Positions 34,297-48,323 of a stretch of DNA of 64,000 nucleotides are shown piece by piece. Below the pieces are notes generated by a model. It saw nothing but the letters and a program-made list of their open reading frames with translations, was not told the DNA's origin and did not search any database. This DNA is from Podarcis bocagei (lineage: Eukaryota): the NCBI GenBank assembly GCA_964188305.1, contig OZ076885.1, one strand, 5' to 3'. The number at the start of each line of letters is the position of its first letter. Position 1 is the first letter of the stretch. A program made the position numbers and the translations under genes.

Positions 34297-36021
34297 AATA
34301 AAAACATTCAGGCAAGTTTCTCTTCTCAGATGCAGGGCTTAAGTCTAGCTTTCCAAATGGGCATCTGATCCCTAATATTTGTGCAAGTGGGATCATCATT
34401 TCCAAGTGCACTACATTCAGCACAGCTGGCCATTTTGGTTCTGCAGCTGCAAGAAAAGTTTGTTGGAATCTTGGCAGTTTGTCAAGCATGCTTACAGAAA
34501 AATGTCTGTGGCTGTTGTACATCAAGCATTAAGACCTCTGAATTGTTATCTGAGAGAACAGGATGAGGCATTTAGGCCTCCTGGAAGTTGAAGCACTCTT
34601 CATAGTGGATGTCAGTTGGACAGAGTTATAAGAGTGGCCATTAAACCTCTTCCCTGCTAGTATCCTTATACCCCAAATTCTCTTCCGTGAGCTCTCACTG
34701 AAGTCTTGTCCAGATTGCACTCAGCAGCTTCAGGCTGCTTGTGTTAGCTTTTGCACAAAAGTGTGATTTCAAATACAATGCTTTTCAGTACACATTTATT
34801 TTTGTTGTGTTTGTGTGGGGTGGGGATAGGGAGCTTGGGGAATCCTCCTGTCCTTTTTGACCTTTCCATTTACCACTCTGGTAATGTATACTGGGTTAGT
34901 CCTGGTACTATAAGGACAAAGCTATAGATAGTAGAACTGCATGAGCCCAGAAGGCTGCACTAGTGGATTACCTGTGCTTGCATTGTGGTAACTGGCACTC
35001 TGGAATCCTACATAGGTGAATTATCATGCATGTTCATGATAATCATGCTCTTGCCTAGCTGTTTGTAATCCCACAGACAGCTGCAGTAGAGGAGCCTAAA
35101 ACATTTGCCATCTGTCAGAGGTTCATTGCAGTTAATGTAAAGTGACAAGACCATCACAGGATGATTCATGTGCTTTGATTCCTGTGTAAATGGTATGTGC
35201 ATATTGTAGGTGAGGAAACTAGCTGCCAGGCTGAAGAAGTATGACTGGTATAGGGCAATTCCCAATGAGTGCTGCACTGGTTGACCTGGGAATTGTTGCA
35301 AAAACAACAGTCTTCCGTCACCTTCAAGACTTACATGTTTATCAAGGCTCAGACGTTTGTAGACTAGACTCCATTTCGTCAGATGCATGACATATTGTCC
35401 TAAGTAGGTGCATGCACGCAATATATGCGCTTTTGGGCTGTGTGGGTGTATGAGGATAGAAGCAAATGAACTGCGAAAAGTACAGGTCGTGTCATAGCAC
35501 TTCCATGTATTGCACAGAATGAATGCTAGTCTACAAAAGTTTAGGTCATAATACATTTGTTACTCTTTGGGCTGTCTTTGCTGCACCAGACTACCATTAT
35601 TCCAGGAACTAGAGTAGCATTCCAGCAGCTGGAACCGCATGTGGTGGGAAGCATCCTGTGTCTGCAACTTGCAGGCTATTCTAGGAACTTTTTGCCACCT
35701 AGTGGGCAATGCTGCACATGACTTCCCGTTTATTTTGGTTGGGGAAATGGAAGATTGGTTCCTTGGGAATTCTAATAGAAAGAGAACTGAAGAGGGAATT
35801 TGGCATACTAAATAACTATGCAGTTATAAAAGGTCACCTTGATTTGAATGTGCTGCTCCAAAGGGTGTGTAGGCTTGTGTGGGAGACTAAGCCTTTAACA
35901 TGTTTTGCCCATGAGCCAAAGTTGGGCGGTGATGCATAAGTCTGTAGGTGGGATTCCTGCACTATAGCAAATAAGCCTGCCAAGCTTTGTAATTCCTGTC
36001 ATATTCTTCTTTTTGTTGCAG

Positions 36022-36515
36022 GTGTTGCTCTCCTGCTACTGGGCCCCTGACAGCTGAAGTTCCAGTGAGCTGTTCACGGGTGGGAGGCAGCATGTTGGGT
36101 CTGGAGCCAGAATCCCCACCTAACAACTTAGAGGGATTGGGGTGGGGTGGGGGGAGGGGGGAGGGGGGGAGGGGAGAGGGAGGACAAGGCACATTTATGC
36201 ACTTTGTATCACATTCAGTCACTCATGCATATGGCGGTCAGATGCTCTCTGCCGCTGTCCTGGCTGTTTTCTCCTTTTTTCCCTCCTTCTTATACCACAT
36301 ACATTTTTATAAAGTATCTTTATTCTTTTTTTGTAACCAGTCAAGGAGCTTTGTGCTGGCCCCCTTTTCTTTCACCCCAAGGTAGGGAGGGAAGACAAAG
36401 AGGTGAGGCTTCTGCTTTCTCGGCTGCCATATAATGCATTTCAGACAAAAGAAGAATGGAATTCCCCCCCTTTGGCCACTTGAAACAAATAAAGGTTTTA
36501 TGGTTAAGGAGGCAC
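36022..36515 (+). other. TNKS1BP1: Probable terminal 3'UTR exon of TNKS1BP1
   Basis: Strong acceptor TTCTTCTTTTTGTTGCAG|, U-rich UTR-like blocks, AATAAA at 36488-36493 followed by GU-rich sequence. Confidence 0.7.
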
Positions 36516-39500
36516 TGTGGTTCCCGCGTGCTTGTGTGTGATCCTCTGAGCTGTATCCTGAGCCAGCCTTGTTACTTGGCAACCTATTCTTTGAGAGGGG
36601 CAGGCAAGCAGGGGTTATAAAAAAATGCTGGTGGTGAAATGATGTTTTGCTTTTTAGTGGATAAAAACAGGGAGCTTGTTCAATATAGTTTTTATCTTTT
36701 TAAAAAATTGATTTTCAGTTTTTACTACTCATTGGCTTAGTCCTGCTGGGAATGTAGGATGAGTGTAAATATTAGAATATGAAACTTGGTTCATTAGCTA
36801 GTTTCAATATAAATCAGTGTGGAGAATTTTAGTGCTGGGGAGAAACCCAACCGTACCTCTTGGTTGGTATCTTAAGGCTGAAGATGTGCACGAAAAGATT
36901 CTGAGCTCTGAAAGTGCATTCACCAGTCTTCTTGTCCTGTCCTGTGTACGAGTAGTGAGCTCATTCTTGGTGTATTGATCCTTGTGTATCTAAACTACAC
37001 CACACATACATGGGAACCGCAAGTACAAAAAATCCTTAGGAAAAAAACTCAGAGTGCAAGTCCCAAAATAGTCCAGTTAGAACTGAGTATGTTCAGTGTG
37101 CCCAGGATGCTGGTTAGTGGGTGGGTGTGGGGAGGAAAACCAGAAAGGGAGATGGAATGGAGTACATTTTAAGAGGGCAACACAGGCTGAGCTGGACCCC
37201 TGAACAGGAGCACTCCATCCACAATGCAACCTTTTTTTGTTGCAAGTCCTACTTGTACATACGTAATCCTCTCCAGGACCGAGGTAGCAAATAAACTTTT
37301 GGAGTGCTTAGATGTACAAGTGACAGTTTTTAAAACATATATTTTTTAAAAGTCAGATAGCTTACATTACCCGCGGCAGGAGGGGCAAGATCTGTGGCTG
37401 ATTCAGTCATGTAATCAGTTCAGTAAGTATGTGTGCTGATGGCACTGTAGGGGGAGATGAATCCAGGTTTGCTCTGCAGGGGGAAAAGCTTACACCAGAT
37501 CTTCCCCCGTCCTTTTATATACATCAGCACACATCCTCACTCCTCTTTAACTGGCTTTCTCTCATACCTCCTGAATCCCTAAAGAGCAGTTGGGGTGGAG
37601 GGAATCTCCAACCTGTGAGGTTGTTTTGGGTGATCCTCTCCCACCTGTCCAACTCCTGACACCATTGTTCCTTTGCAGCCACAGCTTGAATTCAACACCA
37701 TCTCAATTAGGTGTCTTTCACCTGTTTTGCTACTTATGGAAGAGGTTGAAAGCACTTGCTCACTGCAGCTATATCAGAGCCATGAAGAAAGTAGCACTAT
37801 GGGGAAATATGCCGTGTTCAGACACCGCCAAATTCAAGCCACGGCTCCAAAGGCACAATTGAGAACTCGCTTGAAGGCTTACAGTATTCTCCTAATTGTT
37901 CTTTTGCAGGCGTGGCTTTACCTTTCCTCTGCCTGATGTCTGGTGATGGGCAGGTGGGTGTGGCTTGCCCACTTCCACCTTTGGAACAATAAATTCGGCC
38001 CTTGGGCCAAAAGTGGTTCCCCAGCCCTGATTCAGAACAGGTATAAGTCAGGTGTCAGCCACGATACAGCATGGGGTATTTAATGCAGTTAATTTCATTA
38101 GGAAGTACAACAACCTCATTTTACACCTGGCACTGTTACACAGAGACTTTTCACATGTTGCCTGTGCCAGAAGTGGATTGGCCACTCTCCAGTTTCATAG
38201 TAGCCTCAGTTATGCAAGACAAGTATTTCTCAATCTTAAATGAGTCTGGGGTTCCTTTTGGACACATACTAGCTGGCCTTAACATGTAGTTGTGCAAACA
38301 TCCTCCTCTTCCTCCTAGATGACAGCTATGCAGGTGTGCATACAGCCAGTCTTCAAATTTAAATTGGTACCCCCTTCTCAGAACTCTTGTGTGTCTCTCT
38401 CCCCCCCCCCCATGGGATCTGCAAGCAACGAGGTGAGAATGACAGAAGCAGGGGTGCTATAGTTTTCTTCTGGTCTGGCTGTTGCGCCATTGCTCACTAT
38501 GGCCTACAAATCAGCCAGCTTTACTAGTGGAACAGAGTATTGAACTTGAGCCCACAGTAGATTAGCAGCTTAGCCACAATATTTTCTGAAAAGAGGATTT
38601 ATTCATTCTTGGTCACAGGTTTAGCAGGGAGGCACACTTTTGATTTTATACACCTCGATTTAACTACAGCACAATCTCGAAGTGCCTTTAACTTGATCCC
38701 ATTTTCAAACGTTATAGTGTAATTATTATTATTTTGCTTTTCAAACATGCCACTGCATATGTGGGATTTGCCTGAAACTATTGTGCCTTGCACTCACCAG
38801 AGGGCACTGTGGCACCTTGTAAACTGGCAGCAGACATGTCTTGTTGCTTTGTGCATTCAGTTGCTACAGATGGACAGGAGAAGCGAAGGCAGTAAGAAAC
38901 AGCAAAAGAGTAGAAGCATTTCTACCACAGATGGAAAAAAATAATCTCACCACATGCACCCTGAACTGGGTTAAAATTGAGTGGGGCCACCAACATAATT
39001 CCATCTGTATGCAGAGTGGTCCAGCTCTATCCATGTGCACACTTGAATATGGTCAAAACACTATAACTTGCATTGGAAACCAAAGTGGAAAAAGAAGAAT
39101 TACAGGACTGAAGTGCCAGTAAGGAAAACAGTAAGATTGGGCTCTCTTGGCCTCTACAAGATTTATGGCTGAAGAGAATGAGATGTTTGGTCACTTCGAA
39201 ATCTACATCATTTTTATTGAAGTATTTAGGGGAAAAGCACATGTGGTTGCCTAACTCAAATATGTTTGAAAAAATTCAAATTTATATAAATTTCCAGTAT
39301 TCTTGCTTATGGATATGGTTAGTTGCAAGGGTTTCAGAAAAACGAGTCTTAAATTGCCGTATTTTTAAATGAATGTTATTGCCTTCATAAAGCTTGAAAA
39401 ATATTTTAAATACTTTCCTTTCTTCCCCCTTGCCATCTTTTGAACAGACCTGAGTAAGCATGAAAATGCCTGAGAATGTTCCCCTGCTTTCCCCATCACT

Positions 39501-42500
39501 ACAGATGTTGCAGACGCTCCTAAATCTTTCAGCTTGCACAAACATTCCACATTTTCAGTATTTGTTCTATGTAAAGTATGTGTTATGTGTTTGGCAGGGA
39601 ATGGGGGGTGAAGAGGAGAGAGACGTGATGTGATGTCATGGTGTTTGTCTCATTTCAGTGTGGATTTGTGACTTGGATGCTGCCAAGCCCACTGTTGCTT
39701 TGCAATTGTCACACTACTCACCCACTCTTTACAGGGTATTTATACGATGCCATTAAATCATAGTCCTGTGTTCCCTCCTCTCCATGTTCTCCCCTCCCCC
39801 TGCCCAACAGCAGAAAATCTGGCTTTTTTGTTGAAAGAATGGAACAAAAGTGTGTTAAGAGCTCAATTTTTATATGTGCAGTGTCATATGAAATGTGCAA
39901 GCTCAAGACCACACATATATATCCCCACACATTGTCACTATTATGTTTCTGGTCAGCACTGTGTTAGCTGCATTTCTAAAACTCTTTTTTTGGCTATTAT
40001 ATTTAATTACTGAAATATTTGCAGAAGAGCGCTTAAACGAAAAACCATGTCTGTGCTAATAAAAACAAACAATTAAAAAACCAAGTTTCCAATCAGCATC
40101 ATTTCATCGTGTTTCATTCTCCCCTCCTGTTTCATATGGACATAAGCATACAATTGTGCATAAATTGTTTAAGTGCAAATTTAAAACATGCTTGTTAAAC
40201 TGGCAGGGAGGAAAAGCTTGGAATTGCTTGTTGAGATGATTTCCCCCCCTTTCCTGCCCACAAGGCTACGCTACACTAAAGAACACTTAGCACATTCATT
40301 TATATTATGATTATGGTGTAGATAATATTACACTGTTGGACTCCAGCTCCCATCAGCCTCAGCGAGCATGGCCAGTGGTCAGGGATGATGGGAACTGCAG
40401 TCCAACAACATCTGGAGGGTCAATGGTTCCTCATTCCTGGTGGACAATGTCTGTTGCATCAGAGTCATAACTGCTTAATGATTTTTGTGTGCAAAATGGC
40501 TGATGAGAAGCAGCAAGCTTCCCTTGCCTATGCTAAGTTGAGACCCTTTTCATTTAGCTTTCAAAATTATTTAGAGACGACACTATAGCAATCTAGTGGA
40601 GAACGTAAACTGGCAAAATAGGGAAGAGTGATGTATCTCAGTTTTTGAGGGCTGTGCACAAATCCTCACCTGTGCTTGGGAGTGCAAAGCATCAAGTGCT
40701 GCCTCCCCTCACAATAGCAAGACCACATACCTTTGGAATTTCACTTCCCATTCTGTCCTGGATGCTTCGGCTGAGATTTCTGCATTGCAGGGGGCTGGAC
40801 TGGATGACCCTATGATTCTATGAAATTCTGTTATTCTATCTGTTGTGCCGAGAAGGTCTATGGCACTCCAAGGATAATGGGCTTGGGGCCTGATTTACTT
40901 GTGCTGCAATGCCTACAATGGATAGTCATTCAGCTCTGGATGGGAGGAAAGAGGTCTGTTATCTCCTTAAGCTGATCTGCATCCAAGCAGAGATTCTCCA
41001 CTGCTCACATCCCCTCATTGTTACAGTGAGACATGCTATAAATACTTTGCTTACTGTATGCTGGCCCCAGCTCTCCTGTCCTTTCCTTCCTGTCTCCCTT
41101 CCATTTCCTGCCCCCCCCTCCCAATCTCAGCCAGGCATCTTCTCCAACATCCAGGCGCACTTTCAGCACTGAGGGAAAAGTGACGGAAATAGACAGGCGA
41201 GTGGCAGCCGGCGCTTTGGAGGGAGGCCCCTGCAGCTGTTGCTACACATCTCCATCCATCGAAAGGAGCCTGGCTGACGTTTCCAGGCCTGACTGCAGAG
41301 AAGGGAGCGTTCCAGCTAAACTGGTTGGCATTGTACCTCTGTGCCAGTAGCACATGCTTGTTGGCTCACTAGCCTAGCCCAGCGCATCAAAACACTGACA
41401 ACAATCAAAGAAAGATATTTCTTTGACACAACATACATTTCTATTTATTCCAAGGAGTTCAAGGTAGTGGATAGGTGGTAGGTGAGACTGGGGTGACTGG
41501 CCCCAGGCTCCCCAAATAGCTTTATGGCTGAGTGGGGACTTGAACCGCTACATCACACAGGCTGTCATTTAAAGCCCAATGGCTTCTCCCATAGAATCCT
41601 GGGAACTATATTTTGCTAAGGGTGCTGGGAGCTGTAGCTCTATGAGGAGTAAATTTGAGTTTCCAGGAGTCTTGGTGCTTTAAATGTATGGTATGAGGGT
41701 AGGACTGTAGCTGTGTCCCCAACAAAGATGGAAGAGAGTGTAGGAGAGTTGTTTTTACAAAAGGCCAAGTCTCTTAGAAGTTGAATCTTCCTTTGCATTT
41801 ATTATGGACCAGCCTTCCCCCAAGCAGGTACCACCCTCCCTTGATGTTGTTGAACCAAACACTTATTCCCATCATCCCTCAACACTGGCCGTGCTGGCTG
41901 CTGCTGCTAACAGTTGTGGTCCAAAATGCCTGGGGGCATCATGTTGGAGAAGGCTGCTTTAGACAGGTGAAGTTTTTAAATATGATACCCCCAGGTATTT
42001 CTAGCCCCCCCCCTTTCTGAGGAAAACTGAGGGCAGTTACTTGGTCGTACTTGCTTGTATGTAATAATAAGGTAATTGACCAGGGCATGGCGGGAGAGAT
42101 TGGGCAGCATGGAATCAAAGGGAACACCAGAGACGGGAGATGCTGCTCTCTGAGTTTATTTATTGCATAGTCACGTCTAACCCCCTTTTGCTGTGTCTGT
42201 TCCCTACTCTTTCATCTGGGCCACTCTCAAATTCACAATCCTTCCTCTCTGAGCTTGATTTGTAACGCCAGTTTCTAGACTAGACCTGGCTGGAATTTGC
42301 AATTTAAAATACGAGTTGCTTTTCCCAAAGCTGTCTAACATCTGACATCGTGTCAATACCAGACCCATATTAAATAGTAATGATAAAGTCACATCATGCA
42401 CACCTTTTGTTTTCCTAGAAAAGCTCCTACTCCCATCCATCGATTAAAAGATATTTCAGAGTCTGGGAGTACGTGCAGTCATATGAGATTGAGCTAGATG

Positions 42501-42809
42501 AACCAGGACCAATCTTGCACTCTGCCACAAGCTCTCTAGGTGACCTTAATCAAGCCCCTGGCTCTCTCCACACTTCCATTTGTCCCCTTCCATTTGTCCC
42601 ATGATTTCTAGCCCTGGGTCTTTTGCCTTGCTGCTTTCGCCTGGAAAACCCAATGTTTACTATTGAATCAAAACAAATGTCAGTCTGCAGAAAATCCAAT
42701 GGATATTTGTTCTGATTTAGCAGTAAACAGCAGGTTTTCTCAGGGAAAGTGGTGGGACAAAAGAAAAATCTCTTGAAAGCATGGGGCAAACAGAAGTGTG
42801 GACCAGCCC

Positions 42810-43130
42810 TAACGTAAGGAAAGCCCTGCAGAATCAGGCACAGTGGCCCATCCAGTCTAGAATCCTGTTCTCACCGTGGCCAACCAGATGCCTTTGTGAA
42901 CCCTGCAAGCAGGACCAGGCACAAGAGCATCCTCTCTGGTTTCCAGCAACTGGTATTCAGAAACTTGTGGCCTCCATTAGTCAAGGCAGAACATTGCCAC
43001 CATGGCTAGTAGCCCTTGTTAGCCTTTTAAAGCCATCCAAGTTGGTAGCCACCATTACTTGTGGAAGTGAATCCAATATGTGAAGATGTCTTTCCTTGTG
43101 TCTGTCCTGGGTCTTCCAACATTCGGCTCC
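42810..43130 (-). mobile_element. Old CR1-like 3' end
   Basis: Motifs GGCCCATCCAGTC..ATCCTGTTCTCAC and CTTTTAAAGCCATCCAAGTTGGT, typical of reptile CR1 termini. Confidence 0.65.
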
Positions 43131-45529
43131 AAACTACACGTGATGTGGCAGCAACAGTTTTAGTCCTCTCCATTCATTATTGTTTTTAAAAGGCAAACTT
43201 GGTCTGGGCAGGCTACAAGGTGGGGTGTGAGAAAGACAGATGGAAGGGTGCTTAACCATTTTTATTCTGGCAATTTCCCAGCTCAAAATATCACCCCCAA
43301 TATGCTTTTTAATATTGGAGGTGGAAAGAAAGATGTCCCTTGCTGGGGTGGGGAACCAGTGATTGTCCAGATGTTTTTAGATTCCATCTCCCATCAGTGA
43401 TCAGGAATGATGGGAATTTTATTCCAGCAACATTCTGGAGGGCCATAGGTTCCTCATCGCTGGCCTAAATAGCTGTTTTGAGGATTTTTCACATAGCATA
43501 TATGTAAATGACTGATAATTCAGTCATATTCTATTTTTTTAGCTGAAGTTCTTGTGTTTTTAAAATTAAGCAGTTGGGTTAAAGAAAGATCTGCTGGAGT
43601 CTATTTAGACTGTAACGTTGTAATGACTCAGGAGGTTTCTGAAATTTTGGCACCTTTACAAAACTGCTCTTTGCTGATCAAATTGCTGTTCTACCCTACC
43701 TGTTTATCACAGGCTTGAAATAGCAATTTAGGGGTGAAAAAATGCTGTTTGTAAGATTCTCGGAATAATCCTGTTTCTGGTACAGGAACTGAAGTCAAGG
43801 TCTGTTCCACGTGTCTCTTTGAATAGCTCAAGCGTCAGACGTGATTATGACACATCTTTAACCTCTTTAAAATAGGATGGGATTGTTTTCACCTGCACAG
43901 CTCTTCCTCCAGCCTCCTTGACTCCCAAGACATGCCCTGACTAGTAGTAGCCTCTGAATTTCAGGAGATAAAAGTCCATTAGATTGTATGGAGTGACTCT
44001 GAGAAATGCTGGAACATGAAATCTCTCAATTTTTTTTTAACCTTGAGGCTGGTGATGGAGCATAGCAGATTGTAGTCTTTATGTAGAACACGTTTAGAAC
44101 TTCCAAGGTCAAAATATACTTATTGAACTTAAGATGGTGGGCATGAATGGGAGATGGCTGTTGCTCTCGTGTCTTGCTTGGGGGCTTCACAGAAGCATTT
44201 GATTGGCCAGTGTGGAAAATGGGATGCTGGATTAAATAAACCCTCTGTCTGACCAGCAGGCACCTATGTTCTTATGCAATATAGAAGCAGTATAGACCCA
44301 GAAGCACTGGGATCAATGTCCTTTCCATCAAGAGACAGGCTACCCTGATGTGATCTATGTGCCACTTAAAACAAAATGTTCATGCTGACTGGGCTGGTGG
44401 TTGTAGTCCCAAACTTTTGGAAGGCTAGTGAAAACAGTGCTTTCAGTTAGTTGCCTGTGTGTTTTAAAACATTATATTGAGGGCTTTATCAACTAAACTG
44501 GCTTTCCTACACAATGAATTTGGATGTGTGTACATGTGCAAGCCCATGTGTTTGTCACATGTGACCCACTCCATGTGAGAGTTTCATAATGTCCTCTATG
44601 GAAATTCATTCATGGGTGAAACAACCCCTAATGGCTTAGCATTTCTGAAGAAGTATTTCACAATATATAGCTTGCCTGCCATAGAATTGTAGATCTTGGC
44701 TCATGAAGCACACCTACCGAGGTTTATTCTAAATCGTGTTCTCATTTCAAATGAGGCAAAAGAGAGGCTTGGCATTTTTGGCTAGTTCCGCACATGAAGT
44801 GGATATGTTTTCTGGAAATGATGATGTTCCCAAGGGCTACCTAGTGATCTACAGTCACTGTGCCCACTTACCTGGGAATAAGCTTCATTGCACTCAGTGA
44901 GGCTTCTTTTGATGCTAGTATAGGATCACACCATAATATACTGATACCCAAGTTCATCTAGTGGTTTTGATAATGTTGGAAGGGGGCCGTGAACAGTGAA
45001 CCAGGAAGTCTCTGGTTCAAATGTCACCTTTTGCTATGAACTCACTACTTAGTTAGCCTTAGGCAAACTGATAGGCTCAGCCACTTGGCCATCTGCCATA
45101 CAGGGCTAATGATTCTGACCTACCCTGCATGCTTCGGAATTACTGAAAAAAGGTGTATGATTCAGTTGTGCTAAATAACTCTTAAATAGTATTGCAGCTG
45201 GAGACTTGGATCTCCCACTAACCATGACATCATGCTTATTCCCTGGTATGTGAAGAGGAGAATGAGATGGGCTACCCATTGGCAAAAGGATCTAGACTGA
45301 ATGTTTTCCAAAACAAGAATGGTATTTGATCATTTAATGATCATCAAAGCTGGCCTGCCACATCAGTACCACACAGGCTCACTATGATTTTCTACTTTTC
45401 AACAAATGGCTTGCATGATTTGGGGAAACTGCTCCCTTGACTAAGCCAGACATGCTTTCTTGTTTTTAATTTCCCATCTGTAGACCTGAGCAGATATCTG
45501 TTGTTGATCCTTCCAGAGTGAAACAATGA

Positions 45530-45700
45530 GAGAGGCAGTGTGTTTCATTGGTTGGACGAAGACTGGGAAGACCAAAGTTCAAATCTCCCACTTAGCCATG
45601 ATGCTCACCTTAGACTGGCCACCATACCCTACCTTGCAGGATTGTTGTGAGAATAAAATGGAGGTGGGTGGGGAGAAGATTTGTATATCACCCTGAAGTC
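45530..45700 (+). mobile_element. MIR/Squam3-like tRNA-core SINE
   Basis: GGGAAGACCAAAGTTCAAATC..AGCCATGATGCTCAC..CCTACCTTGCAGGATTGTTGTGAG. Confidence 0.7.
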
Positions 45701-46418
45701 CTTGAAGGCAGGCAAATCACAGTCAAGATAGTGTAAGCATTCCGGGTCTGTTTAACTAGATCAAAGTACACTTCTTTCCTAGTTTTCTTAAGCAGTTGAG
45801 AAGTCCAGCATTTCAGGGAGGAAAACTTAAGCCTGAACAGCATAGAGGCTGTCTTGTTACACTGATGGTATCACAGCACATGCACTATAAACATAAGAGA
45901 ACTGAGGCTAACTAGGACAGATATCAGTAGTTATCAGGCAGACCAGCAAAACACAAAGAGCAGATAAAATGATCACAGAGAGATCAAACACCAAAGCCAT
46001 ACGTGACCATAAGGCATGGCATTCTGGTCAGCACAAAAGCCATTTTTTAGTACAATAAGCCAGATGTTCTTGGGAATGCAGATAAAATCCAATAAGCAAT
46101 GGCACTACTGTAGACACTTCAAAGAAATTGATTGTAGCTGCTGTTGACTATTAGCAAAGAGGGTCTGGTCTTGTCCCGAGATCTCCTGTGACCTGGGTTC
46201 AAACTAGTCTTCAGAGTAGACTTTTTATATGACCTTTTGACAAGTCAGGTCAGAGGTACCATTTCATGGGCTGAGTCTGATAGGGTTTCCTGCAACCCTT
46301 TGTCAACGCTCTTCCAGATTTTCCGGATTTGTATTCATCTCAATCAAAGGTTTGTAAGTCAGCTTGTTTCCAATCAACACATGGAATTTATGTTTTGGTT
46401 TTTACCCTAAGTATGAGG

Positions 46419-46759
46419 TAAAAGGTAAAGGGACTCCTGACCATTAGGTCCAGTTGTGGCCGACTCTGGGGTTGCAGCGCTCATCTTGCTTTATTGGCCG
46501 AGGGAGCCGGCGTACAGCTTCCGGGTCATGTGGCCAGCATGACTAAGTCGTTTCTGGCGAACCAGAGCAGCACACGGAAACGCCGTTTACCTTCCCGCCG
46601 GAGTGGTGCCTATTTATCTACTTGCACTATGACGTGCTTTTGAACTGCTAGGTTGGCAGGAGCTGGGACTGAGCAACGGGAGCTCACCCCGTCACAGGGA
46701 TTCGAACCGCCGACCTTCTGATCAGCAAGTCCTGGGCTCCACAGTGCCACCCGTGTCCC
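46419..46759 (-). mobile_element. Sauria SINE
   Basis: Reverse-complement homolog of 596-952. 11-bp TSD TAAGTATGAGG at 46408-46418 and 46762-46772. Confidence 0.92.
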
Positions 46760-48323
46760 TATAAGTATGAGGACATTGCCATTTTATGAGACTTGCGGTC
46801 CTACAAATATTTTACTCTGCAGCCTCATATTAGAAAGAGAGTCAGCAGGCTATAGAGACCATCGTTCTTTCTCTTGTGCATCACCATTTAGTTAACAAAC
46901 TTCATTTTGGATTCCTTAGTAGCACATGCAACATACATATGCCACTCACAGCTGATGTGGTTGCTGCGGGATAACTTTTACTGCATTAAATGATTGATGC
47001 CGGAGATGGCAAGGATTGCTGCCCACATCAGTTACAGCTGATTTCAGATAAATTATTTTGTTTGGAAAAATAGAAAAGATTTGGATTTCAAAATTCTAAT
47101 TCAAGATTGCAGCAACTTTTTTTAAATAAAAAGCTATTGGATTATTTTTTTAAAAAAATAAAAAGGTGCCGTTATTGATCTCAGAGGTTTCAGAACAGGT
47201 AAATCTGTTTAGTCCAGAGGAGTGGCGGCCAACCTCTGGTCATTTTAGCAAGGGTTGTTGGGAGATTGTGTCCAACAACATGGGCCAGCACAGGTTCCCT
47301 ATCCCTGGCCTAGACTGTGGGGAGAGAGTTCCTAGATCAATGACGCTCTTCAAATGTTTGGGCCCCCTGTAAATCCCACCCCTCCTTAAAGCTTGGAAAC
47401 GCATCTCGTATACTCTGCACACCCCAAGCCTTCTTTTTCTCATCTCTGGGACCAATCACATAAGCTGAGATGTTGCTGGAAGGATAAGCAGCATCTGCAT
47501 TTTGTCTCCAGCTCCTTCCCAAGGACCAAGCAGAACCTATTTAAAATTCAGATTGGTTTTGCATCCGCCAAGCTCACTCGTGACACTATCCTCGACCCCA
47601 CCAAACCTATTTGCATGAACAAATGCCACTCAAAATAAATACAGCATTACTGCATCTAAGTAGGATTGACTTAAGTGGATGCTTTCTTTGCTTTGGGCAC
47701 CCTTTTGTTCCATGTTGCACTGCTCTTAAAACTAAGAGAGGCTCATGATGAAACTGACAGACAAATTAGATCAGGTTAGCAAGGCGTTTGTGAACTGGGG
47801 CAGTGAGCCTTCCCTCCACCCGCACCCACCAGCATCTCTGGTTGGACTTCAGCTGCATTCCACCCCTCTTTCTTTCTTTCTTTGCTCTGGAGAGTTTAGG
47901 ATGAGAGGATGTGTATGGTTTGTTTGCAAGTGGGTGGATACAAATGACAGATGGAGCTGCCCAGCACTGCAGGGGGTCAAGTCCTCCAATTCACATAAGG
48001 ATGTTGAGTGAAAGCAAAGGGAGGGGTGGGAAAGGGGGCTGGGTCGTAGCCTGGATTTTAAGACAAATCCCAAGGAAGGAACTGCAGCCTCCTGAGTGTG
48101 TGTGTGAGAGTGAGGAGGAGATGACACACAGGCTGAGCAAGCCCCTGGCCAGATCTGCCTAAAGCTGTGATAAGGAGGCGCAGGAGAGGCAAATGAGCTG
48201 AGACCCTGGGACTTTTTCCTCCTTGCAACAAGGAAGGAACTTGCACGGAGTGGATCCAGATTGGTGAAGGATTCTACAAGATTGGAAGAGAGGCCTCTTC
48301 CACATTCTCCTTCTTGAGCAGGC

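Noticed and set aside
35008-35556. 182-aa minus-strand ORF in the 3'UTR intron
   Set aside because: Non-ATG start, no recognisable motif, and atypical composition.
44646-44700. CTGAAGAAGT...AGCTTG as a third hammerhead
   Set aside because: No GAAA box and no convincing stem II.
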